The translations under genes and the position numbers were made by a program. Below the pieces are notes generated by a model, which saw only the letters and a program-made list of their open reading frames with translations, was not told where the DNA came from and did not search any database. A DNA stretch of 64,000 nucleotides from positions 40,458 to 104,457 of the forward strand of contig VMEU01000001.1 in the NCBI GenBank assembly GCA_007375675.1, in the 5' to 3' direction. This DNA comes from Parcubacteria group bacterium Greene0416_39. Its GTDB lineage: Bacteria > Patescibacteriota > Minisyncoccia > Minisyncoccales > UBA10102. Below, in pieces: positions 56,689-64,000 of the stretch (positions within the stretch are counted from its first letter, which is position 1; the number at the start of each line of letters is the position of its first letter).

Positions 56689-57194
56689 ATCGCCCATTGT
56701 TTAGCATTGTATTCTTAGTAGGGGCCGTTCTTGCAGCCGTATTTTTCACGTGGCCGGCTTTGCAAGATTTGAAGTTTCTCCAAATGGAGAAACGCTCAAA
56801 GCTTGCCGATTTTGAAAACCGGGAAGAATATTTTACAAATATCAGGAACCTTACCGTACAGCTCAAAAACTTTGAACCAGAGCTTGGCAAACTTGACCAT
56901 GCCTTGCCTGAAGATACTTTTCTTCCTTCTCTGTACCAGCTTGTGCAGGAGGTTGCCTCAAGTTCCGGGGTTGTGCTCAAGTCCATTGCCTCCTCGGTTC
57001 AAAAAGGAGAATCTCCTGTCAAGACCATTGACCTTCAGCTCAAGGTTGCGGGCGTCTACGAAAGCCTAAAATCATTCCTTGAAAACAGCCAGAATGCCTG
57101 GAGGCTGCTTTCTATTGATTCTGTTTCTTTTGTTTCTCCCAAAACAGGATCTTCGTTTGAGGTTTCTTTTCGCATGCAAGCCCATTCCTATTAA
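56685..57194 (+). CDS. pilO: PilO-like protein
   Basis: TM, coiled coil, ALP, G.YESLK.FL...RLL. Confidence 0.8.
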   Translation: MNRPLFSIVFLVGAVLAAVFFTWPALQDLKFLQMEKRSKLADFENREEYFTNIRNLTVQLKNFEPELGKLDHALPEDTFLPSLYQLVQEVASSSGVVLKSIASSVQKGESPVKTIDLQLKVAGVYESLKSFLENSQNAWRLLSIDSVSFVSPKTGSSFEVSFRMQAHSY

Positions 57195-57223
57195 GCTCAA
57201 AACGAGGTATGATACACTAAGCT

Positions 57224-57517
57224 ATGGCAATTACATTTTCAAAAGGAGGAACGTTCACTTCTCAGAAAAAGAGAGACCAAGTGCTCATTCTTCTTTTCTT
57301 TGGCGCGCTTCTTGCAACAAGCATTGTTCTCTGGCAGGGATTTTTCAAAAAAGGCGCAGAGATTCCTTTCTCAAAACCCGCAGCCGCTGCTCCAAAAAAG
57401 GTTGAGATTCGCTTTGACGTGCTCAAAGGGGAAGAGTTGCAAGGGCTTCAAACAAGACCCGGCCTTTCTCCTTTGCCAGAAAAGATTGGAAGAGAAAATC
57501 CATTCGTCCCATTTTAA
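57224..57517 (+). CDS. Small membrane protein (PilP-like)
   Basis: TM and terminal GRENPF.P. Confidence 0.65.
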   Translation: MAITFSKGGTFTSQKKRDQVLILLFFGALLATSIVLWQGFFKKGAEIPFSKPAAAAPKKVEIRFDVLKGEELQGLQTRPGLSPLPEKIGRENPFVPF

Positions 57518-59256
57518 TGGATATTATTGAACTCTTAGTACAAAAAAATATTCTCTCGGCAGAAAAAGCAAAGGAGGTGCAAGACGAGGTCAAAAAATCC
57601 TCCAAGAGAGCAGAGGAGGTTGTCCTTGGAGAAAAACTCATAGACGAGGAACTCTTGTTTTCTTTAAAATCAGAAGCTTTGGGCATCCCCCTCAAGACCC
57701 CAGACGTTGGAGAAGTTTCTCTTAAAGTTCTGGAGCTTGTCCCCGAAGATTCTGCAAAATATTACCACATGGTTCCTTTATTTCACGCGGGGAATACGCT
57801 GGAGATTGGCATGGTGTACCCGGAAGACCTCAATGCCCAGGAAGCGTTAAAGTTTCTTGCAAGGCAAGGCAGTTTTTCTTACAAGGCGTTTCTCATACGT
57901 CTTAGCACTTTTGAAAATTTGATGAAGCAATACCGGAGCCTCAAGGAGGAAATGAAAGAAGCTTTGCGCGAATTGGAAAAGGAAATAGAAGCAGAAGGCG
58001 TACAGATAAGGGAAGGAAAAGGCGTTGGCCTCCAGCGTTTGGTTCAAGAAGCTCCGGTGACAAAAATGGTTGCGGTAATTTTGCGCACGGCAGTGGAAGG
58101 AAACGCTTCAGACATTCACATTGAACCTGCGAAAGAAAATGTCAGGGTGCGGTTCCGCTTTTTGGGAGAGCTTCATTCTTCTCTCGTTTTGCCCTTGAGA
58201 GTTCAACAGGCAATTGTCGCGAGAATTAAAATTTTATCCTCTCTTCGCATTGACGAGATGCGGATTCCCCAAGACGGCAGGTTTTCTGCTCCTGTTGAAG
58301 GGAGAATGATTGACTTTCGCGTGTCCACGTTTCCCACCGCGCTGGGAGAAAAAGTTGCAATCAGGGTATTAGATCCTGCCACAGGGCTCAAGGGCTTGGA
58401 CGAGCTTGGCCTGGAAGGAGCAAACCTTGCAAAGGTGAAGGCAGCTGCCCAAAGGCCATACGGTTTGATTCTCGCAACCGGGCCCACGGGATCGGGCAAA
58501 ACAACAACCTTGTACGCCATTTTGCAGCTTTTGAACCGGGAAGGTTTAAACATTGTGAGCCTTGAAGATCCAATTGAATACCTCGTAGCCGGAGTAAACC
58601 AGTCTCAAGTGAGGCCCGAAATCGGGTATGACTTTGCTTCTGGGCTCCGCCAGATTTTGCGCCAAGACCCCAACATTATTATGGTAGGCGAGGTGCGAGA
58701 CAAAGAGACCGCCTCTTTGGTTATTCACGCGGCGTTGACCGGGCACATCGTTCTTTCAACCTTGCATACAAACAATGCCCAGGGAGTGATCCCAAGGCTT
58801 GTTGACATGGGCATTGATACATACTTAATTCCTTCAACGTTGAGCGTTGCAATGTCTCAACGGCTCGTGAGGAGACTGTGCGAGGAGTGCAAAGAAAAGG
58901 TTGTGGCTCAAAAGCCCATGCAGCAGCTTATTGAACAAGAACTTGCCTTAGCTTCTCTTCAAGTGAAAAAGCAGGCAGAAGGCTTGCGGGGAAAGGGCAA
59001 AGAGTTTTTTGTGTACAAAGCTCGTGGCTGCAAGAAATGCGCGAGTTCTGGCTATTCAGGGAGGATTGCTATTTTTGAAGTATTGAGCATGACCCCGGAG
59101 TTATCCGAGATTGTTCTCAATAAGGTTTCAGAGAACGCCATTGCAAAAGAGGCCAAAAGGCAAGGCATGGCGTCTATGCGCCAAGACGGAATTCTGAAAG
59201 CATTAGACGGCCTCACCACGCTTGAAGAAATAGTGAGGGTAAGCGACGAACCATGA
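57517..59256 (+). CDS. pilB: Type IV pilus assembly ATPase PilB/GspE
   Basis: GPTGSGKTTT, LRQDP, CxxC...CxxC, GRIAIFE. Confidence 0.93.
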   Translation: MDIIELLVQKNILSAEKAKEVQDEVKKSSKRAEEVVLGEKLIDEELLFSLKSEALGIPLKTPDVGEVSLKVLELVPEDSAKYYHMVPLFHAGNTLEIGMVYPEDLNAQEALKFLARQGSFSYKAFLIRLSTFENLMKQYRSLKEEMKEALRELEKEIEAEGVQIREGKGVGLQRLVQEAPVTKMVAVILRTAVEGNASDIHIEPAKENVRVRFRFLGELHSSLVLPLRVQQAIVARIKILSSLRIDEMRIPQDGRFSAPVEGRMIDFRVSTFPTALGEKVAIRVLDPATGLKGLDELGLEGANLAKVKAAAQRPYGLILATGPTGSGKTTTLYAILQLLNREGLNIVSLEDPIEYLVAGVNQSQVRPEIGYDFASGLRQILRQDPNIIMVGEVRDKETASLVIHAALTGHIVLSTLHTNNAQGVIPRLVDMGIDTYLIPSTLSVAMSQRLVRRLCEECKEKVVAQKPMQQLIEQELALASLQVKKQAEGLRGKGKEFFVYKARGCKKCASSGYSGRIAIFEVLSMTPELSEIVLNKVSENAIAKEAKRQGMASMRQDGILKALDGLTTLEEIVRVSDEP

Positions 59257-59621
59257 CGAAAATTCTTCTTGTTGAAGACGACCCAATGCTGCAAGACATT
59301 TATCTCACGAAATTGAAAGAAGTGGGATTTGACGTTTCCTTGGCTGGGGACGGTGAAAAAGTAATGCCAGAGCTCCACAAGGCAAAGCCAGACATTATGC
59401 TTTTAGACATTGTTCTTCCCTTGAAAGACGGCTGGGAAGTGCTTTCTGAAGTGCGAAAAGATCCAAAGTGGAATAGCGTGAAAATCGTTGTCCTTTCAAA
59501 CATTGGCGAGGCACAAGACGTGGAAAAAGGATTTGCCCTGGGAGCAGACCTCTACCTTATTAAAGCGCACTTCACTCCGAGCCAGGTCGTTGGCGAAATT
59601 AACAAACTTTTATCTTCATAA
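59253..59621 (+). CDS. Single-domain response regulator
   Basis: VEDD, PDIMLLDIVLP, YLIK. Confidence 0.93.
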   Translation: MTKILLVEDDPMLQDIYLTKLKEVGFDVSLAGDGEKVMPELHKAKPDIMLLDIVLPLKDGWEVLSEVRKDPKWNSVKIVVLSNIGEAQDVEKGFALGADLYLIKAHFTPSQVVGEINKLLSS

Positions 59622-59625
59622 TTCT

Positions 59626-60690
59626 ATGCCAGAAAAAAAATCCATTGACGAATTATTTGAAATAGCATTCAAGGAGCGCGCGTCTGACCTTCACATTTCC
59701 TTGGGCCATGCTCCTGCGCTTCGCGTGGAAGGCCGCCTCGTTCCTTTGATGAAGCAAAAGGTATTGTCTGCTTCAGACATAGAAGGCCTTGTGGCGCCGC
59801 TCCTTTCTTCAGAACAGCATGCAAGATTAAAGGCAGAAAAAGACATTGATTTTTCGTATGATTTTCAAGGGCGGGCAAGGTTCCGAGTAAACGTATTCTT
59901 CCAGCAGGGCTCTTTGAGCCTTGCCTCGCGCCTCATTCCCTCGCGAATTCAAACTATGGAAGAGCTCAACCTTCCTGAAGTTTTGCATGAATTCACCAGA
60001 GCAACCCAGGGGTTTGTCATTATCACAGGGCCTTCAGGCCACGGGAAAAGCACAACCTTAGCCGCGCTTATTGACGAAATAAACCATTCCAGAGCAGATC
60101 ACATCATCACCATAGAAGACCCCATTGAATACGTGTTTGAAGACGATAAGGCAATTATTGACCAAAGAGAGGTGAACCAAGATACCTTGAGTTTTGCCAA
60201 AGCGTTGAGGGCTACCTTTCGCCAGGATCCAGACGTTATCATGGTAGGAGAAATGCGAGACCCTGAAACCATGGCAACCGCGATCACCGCCGCTGAAACC
60301 GGGCATTTGGTATTTGCAACCTTGCACACAAACTCTGCCTCTCAAACCGTGCACCGGATTGTCGATTCTTTCCCGGCAGAGCAGCAGGGCCAAGTGAGAG
60401 CGCAGCTTTCCGCCTCTTTGCTTGGAGTAGTTGCCCAAAAACTTGTTCCAAGAATCAAAGGCGGGCTTATCCCAGCGTGTGAAATCCTTTTAGCCAATGC
60501 CGCGGTGAGCAACCTCATACGAGAAAACAAAATCCACGAGATTCCCCTGGTCATTGAGACTGGAGCAGAAGCTGGAATGATTTCTCTGAACCGTTCGTTA
60601 GCAAACCTTGTGAAGGGTAAAGAAATCAGCTTTGAGAACGCGCTGTCTTATTCTTTGAACCCCAATGAACTTCGCTCCCTTGCGAGATAA
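59626..60690 (+). CDS. pilT: Type IV pilus retraction ATPase PilT
   Basis: ASDLH, GPSGHGKSTT, QREV, AAETGHLVFATLHT, AVSNLIRE. Confidence 0.93.
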   Translation: MPEKKSIDELFEIAFKERASDLHISLGHAPALRVEGRLVPLMKQKVLSASDIEGLVAPLLSSEQHARLKAEKDIDFSYDFQGRARFRVNVFFQQGSLSLASRLIPSRIQTMEELNLPEVLHEFTRATQGFVIITGPSGHGKSTTLAALIDEINHSRADHIITIEDPIEYVFEDDKAIIDQREVNQDTLSFAKALRATFRQDPDVIMVGEMRDPETMATAITAAETGHLVFATLHTNSASQTVHRIVDSFPAEQQGQVRAQLSASLLGVVAQKLVPRIKGGLIPACEILLANAAVSNLIRENKIHEIPLVIETGAEAGMISLNRSLANLVKGKEISFENALSYSLNPNELRSLAR

Positions 60691-60692
60691 CA

Positions 60693-60772
60693 TAATGCAA
60701 ATCCGCAAATGACTGCGAATGTACAAATACGAGTATTCGCGGCATTCGCATAGTATTTGTAAATTCGCATTA
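60693..60772. repeat. 80-bp palindromic intergenic element, copy 4
   Basis: Near-identical to 24030-24109. Confidence 0.85.
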
Positions 60773-60777
60773 TATGT

Positions 60778-61983
60778 ATGAAGTTTAACTATCAGGCAAG
60801 AGACGCAAAGGGACAGACTCAAATAGGCCAAGTGGAGGCTTCTTCGCAAGACGCTGCCTTGGAGGTTCTTTCAAGGAGCAGCCTGTATGTCACGCTCCTG
60901 GAAGAAGCTGCAAAAAAACCCGTCTACGCCAAGCGCATTTCGTTTTTTGAAAAGGTTTCTGTAAAAGACGTGATGTTGTTTTCCCGCCAGCTTGCCATTA
61001 TGTTCAAGTCGCAGGTTTCGCTTTTGGAAGCGCTGAGAACCTTAGCCGTGCAAACCAAAAACCAGAGCTTTAAAGAAAAGATTTTTGATATGGCAGAGCA
61101 GGTGGAGGCCGGCACCCCTTTGTCCCAGGCCTTAGCTTTGCATTCAGCAATTTTCTCCCCATTTTATATTGCCATGGCAAAATCAGGCGAGGCTTCCGGA
61201 ACTCTTGCCAAATCTTTGGAGTATTTAGCAGACCATCTTTCTCGAGAGTATGAGTTGACGAGCAGGGTGAGGGGAGCGTTAGTGTACCCGGCGTTTGTTG
61301 TCGCGGTCGCGTTCCTGGTGCTGTTTTTAATGATGTTCTTTGTGATCCCCAACATGACCAAGGTGTTAGAGGGTCTGGGCCAGCAGCTCCCTCTGTTAAC
61401 AAGAATTGTCATATCCACGGCCGATTTTCTGCGCAGCAAGTGGTGGCTTCTCTTACTGCTCCTTGCCTTATCGGGAACCTTTTTGTTTAGGTACGTGAGA
61501 ACGCCAGAAGGCAAAAGATTTTTGAATTCTGCGTTTTTGAGTTTTCCGCTTCTGGGTCCTCTGCTTTCTATGGTGTATCTTGCGAGGTTTGCAGAGAACC
61601 TTTCCACTCTTGTGGCTGGCGGCATTCCTATTGTGCAGGCTTTAGATATTACAGGGTCTGTGGTGGGGAATACCGTGTACCGCAAGATCATTTCTGAAGC
61701 GCGAGACGAAGTGAAAAAGGGGAGGAATATAAGCGAGGTTTTGCAAAGGCATCCCAAAGAGTTTCCGCCCTTGTTCACGCAGATGGTGCTCGTTGGGGAG
61801 AAGTCTGGAACATTAGATACGAGCCTTCTCAATATTGTGGAGTTCTATCAAAAAGAGGTTGCCAGAACCGTTGACAGCTTCCTCTCTTTGATAGAGCCTA
61901 TGTTAATTGTTGTGCTTGGGCTCATGATTGGAGGGCTCATGGCGTCAGTTCTTCTGCCCTTGTATCAGATTTCCGCGCTCTAA
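60778..61983 (+). CDS. pilC: Type IV pilus platform protein PilC
   Basis: FSRQLA, GEASG.L, ALVYP, GEKSG.L, LIEP. Confidence 0.92.
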   Translation: MKFNYQARDAKGQTQIGQVEASSQDAALEVLSRSSLYVTLLEEAAKKPVYAKRISFFEKVSVKDVMLFSRQLAIMFKSQVSLLEALRTLAVQTKNQSFKEKIFDMAEQVEAGTPLSQALALHSAIFSPFYIAMAKSGEASGTLAKSLEYLADHLSREYELTSRVRGALVYPAFVVAVAFLVLFLMMFFVIPNMTKVLEGLGQQLPLLTRIVISTADFLRSKWWLLLLLLALSGTFLFRYVRTPEGKRFLNSAFLSFPLLGPLLSMVYLARFAENLSTLVAGGIPIVQALDITGSVVGNTVYRKIISEARDEVKKGRNISEVLQRHPKEFPPLFTQMVLVGEKSGTLDTSLLNIVEFYQKEVARTVDSFLSLIEPMLIVVLGLMIGGLMASVLLPLYQISAL

Positions 61984-62039
61984 AAGTTTTTCCACAGGCT
62001 TGCCTTGTTGACAGGTAGTCATTGGTCTATACTATACTT

Positions 62040-62531
62040 ATGTATATGAAAAAAGGTGGTGCTGGATTTACACTCATTGAACTGCTTGTTGTGATTGCGG
62101 TCATTGGCATGTTAGCTTCCATTGTGCTCGTTTCTTTGGGCCCCACGAGGGCAAAGGCAAGAGACTCAAAAAGGATAGCAGAAGTGCGCCAAATGGGTTT
62201 GGCTTTAGAACAAGAAGCCGCAGACGGGGGAGAGGCAATTGCAGGATGCGCAGGAGATCAGGTTGACGCGAAAACGTGCACTGGCCCTGGAGTTGCGAAT
62301 TTTGCGAATTTCAACGATCCTTCAACGCCTGGAACTCCTTGCCCTGCAGGCGCGGGAACTGTTACGTGTCAGTACTCTATTGCTACAAACGCGGGCCTAT
62401 TAGGCGCGAGATCAGACGATTACCAGATTTGTTTTGTGTTAGAACAAGGAATTGGCACCATCACAGGGTTGAGTTCCCCGGGAAAATACCAGATTGAAAC
62501 AGGAGGAAATTTCAAGGCAGGATGTGAATAA
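62040..62531 (+). CDS. Type IV pilin, copy A
   Basis: GFTLIELLVVIAVIG..KARDSKR. Confidence 0.9.
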   Translation: MYMKKGGAGFTLIELLVVIAVIGMLASIVLVSLGPTRAKARDSKRIAEVRQMGLALEQEAADGGEAIAGCAGDQVDAKTCTGPGVANFANFNDPSTPGTPCPAGAGTVTCQYSIATNAGLLGARSDDYQICFVLEQGIGTITGLSSPGKYQIETGGNFKAGCE

Positions 62532-62578
62532 TCCGAAAGGTCGATGAATGCGAAAGGTTAGTGATACTCTACACGATT

Positions 62579-63061
62579 ATGAAATTCACAAAAGGTTTTA
62601 CGTTAATTGAACTACTCGTTGTTATCGCGGTCATTGGCATGTTAGCTTCTATTGTGCTCATTTCTTTGGGCCCCACAAGGGCAAAGGCAAGAGACTCCAA
62701 AAGAATAGTTGAAGTGCGCCAAATGGGCTTGGCTTTAGAGCAAGAAGCCGCAGACGGAGCAGAGGCAATCACTGGATGTGTCCTCGATCAGGTTGACGCC
62801 TCCACGTGTACTGGCCCTGGAGCCGCAAACTTTGCAAACTTCAAAGATCCTTCAGCGCCAGCAACTCCATGCCCTGCAGGAGCTGGAACTGCTACGTGTC
62901 AGTACTCTATTGCTACAAATGCGGGAGTTGCGGGAGCAAAAACAGACGACTACCAAATTTGTTTTGTATTAGAGCAAGGAGTTGGCACCATCACAGGGTT
63001 GAGTTCCCCGGGAAAATATCAGATTGAAACAGGAGGAAATTTCAAGGCAGGATGTGAATAA
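62579..63061 (+). CDS. Type IV pilin, copy B (tandem paralogue of A)
   Basis: GFTLIELL; near-identical to 62040-62531. Confidence 0.9.
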   Translation: MKFTKGFTLIELLVVIAVIGMLASIVLISLGPTRAKARDSKRIVEVRQMGLALEQEAADGAEAITGCVLDQVDASTCTGPGAANFANFKDPSAPATPCPAGAGTATCQYSIATNAGVAGAKTDDYQICFVLEQGVGTITGLSSPGKYQIETGGNFKAGCE

Positions 63062-63107
63062 TCCGAAAGGTCGATGAATTTGAAAGACTAGTGATACCAT
63101 AAGCAAC

Positions 63108-63617
63108 ATGCAATCTATACAAAAAAAGGGGTTTACCCAAGCACCACTTTTTTGCAAAAAAGGTGGTGCTGGGTTTACGTTGATTGAACTGCTCGTTGTT
63201 ATTGCGATTATTGGCATATTGGCAGGAATTGTCCTTGTTTCTCTTGGAGGTGCTCGTACTTCAGCCAGAGACGCAAAACGGCAGGCAGACATAAGGGGCG
63301 TGAACACCGCAATGGTGTTGTGCTATGACGATGCAAACTGCGGAGCTGCGCAAGCGTACATTCAGTCAGTAGCAGCGCCGGCAGCCATTGGAACGCACCT
63401 TACACCCATGCCCAAAGATCCCGGGAGCGGCAACCCAGCATACGGCTGGGTGAACAACACTGCCACAGGAACCAACACCACCCAGTCATACTGTTCGTAC
63501 GCAATTCTTGAACGGACTTCTGGAACCGCGGGAAATGAATGGTACTTTTTTTCCGATCCCAAGGGCGTGAGAGAGTCAGACCAGGCAGCTCCTCCAACAA
63601 CCACGCCTTGCAACTAA
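63108..63617 (+). CDS. Type IV pilin
   Basis: GFTLIELLVVIAIIGILA..ARDAKR..PKDP. Confidence 0.9.
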   Translation: MQSIQKKGFTQAPLFCKKGGAGFTLIELLVVIAIIGILAGIVLVSLGGARTSARDAKRQADIRGVNTAMVLCYDDANCGAAQAYIQSVAAPAAIGTHLTPMPKDPGSGNPAYGWVNNTATGTNTTQSYCSYAILERTSGTAGNEWYFFSDPKGVRESDQAAPPTTTPCN

Positions 63618-63659
63618 TCGTATTACGATAACTAAGTTTATCGCACTACTATACAGGAG

Positions 63660-63681
63660 ACGCCCCTCACGGGGCGTTTTC
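63660..63681 (+). terminator. Intrinsic terminator
   Basis: acgcccc-tcac-ggggcgt-ttt. Confidence 0.7.
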
Positions 63682-63712
63682 TCGTGTCCCCATGCCTCTG
63701 TCTATTTATCCT

Positions 63713-63760
63713 TAAGCCGAGCTTAGTTATCCACACCTAAGCTCGGCTTAGTTATCCACA
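63713..63760. promoter_or_regulatory. Two DnaA boxes with inverted repeat upstream of pilD
   Basis: TTATCCACA at 63727 and 63752; IR taagccgagcttag/ctaagctcggctta. Confidence 0.55.
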
Positions 63761-63779
63761 TAAGAGGTATAATGAAAGA

Positions 63780-64000
63780 ATGATTTCTTTTGCAGTTTTT
63801 GTATTTGGGTTGGCTATTGGAAGTTTTTTGAACGCGGTTATCTATCGTTTGGAAAGAGGAGAAAGCGCGTTCCGCGGCAGATCGTACTGCCCCCGTTGCA
63901 AACATACGCTCGCTTGGCACGACTTAGTTCCCGTTGTGAGCTTTCTTTTCTTGCAAGGCAAATGCAGATACTGCAAAGAAAAGATTTCCTGGCAATATCC
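63780..64000 (+). CDS. pilD: Prepilin peptidase (3' truncated by window edge)
   Basis: GLAIGSFLNAVIYRL..RSYCPRC..L.W.DLVP..SF..L.GKCRYC...ISWQY. Confidence 0.92.
   Translation, partial: MISFAVFVFGLAIGSFLNAVIYRLERGESAFRGRSYCPRCKHTLAWHDLVPVVSFLFLQGKCRYCKEKISWQY

Noticed and set aside
63713-63760. Replication origin
   Set aside because: Only two boxes, no dnaA/dnaN or unwinding element visible, short intergenic region
1-64000. CRISPR array or cas genes
   Set aside because: No regularly spaced direct repeats with unique spacers; repeats are dispersed palindromes or gene duplicates

Overview
Compact, low-redundancy bacterial chromosome segment whose gene content suggests a Patescibacteria/CPR (Parcubacteria-like) organism (inference). 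It holds two type IV pilus loci, VirB2-like pilins, housekeeping genes (rny, infB, rbfA, rplS, rpsA, gyrA, ftsH, valS, tsaD, recG), an nrdR-nrdJ-pduO cobalamin-linked operon, a DinJ-YafQ module and 19 apparently intact tRNA genes, including Ile(UAU) and Arg(GCG). Selfish DNA is dense: three inteins (NrdJ, FtsH, GyrA), a group I intron in tRNA-Phe, two free-standing LAGLIDADG-like ORFs next to tRNAs, and several families of short palindromic elements, many inserted in frame. Three observations stand out. (1) The GyrA mini-intein carries, on the opposite strand, two promoter-led small RNA units: a tRNA-like fold with the G3-U70/A73 alanine signature, and a terminator-ended RNA whose 5' 17 nt are its exact complement. 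(2) An intact tRNA-Arg(GCG) is nested, between inverted repeats, inside the anticodon of a second, interrupted tRNA-Arg(GCG). (3) A covarying three-hairpin ~110-nt motif is fused to three tRNA loci. All calls were made by eye; no database searches were run.
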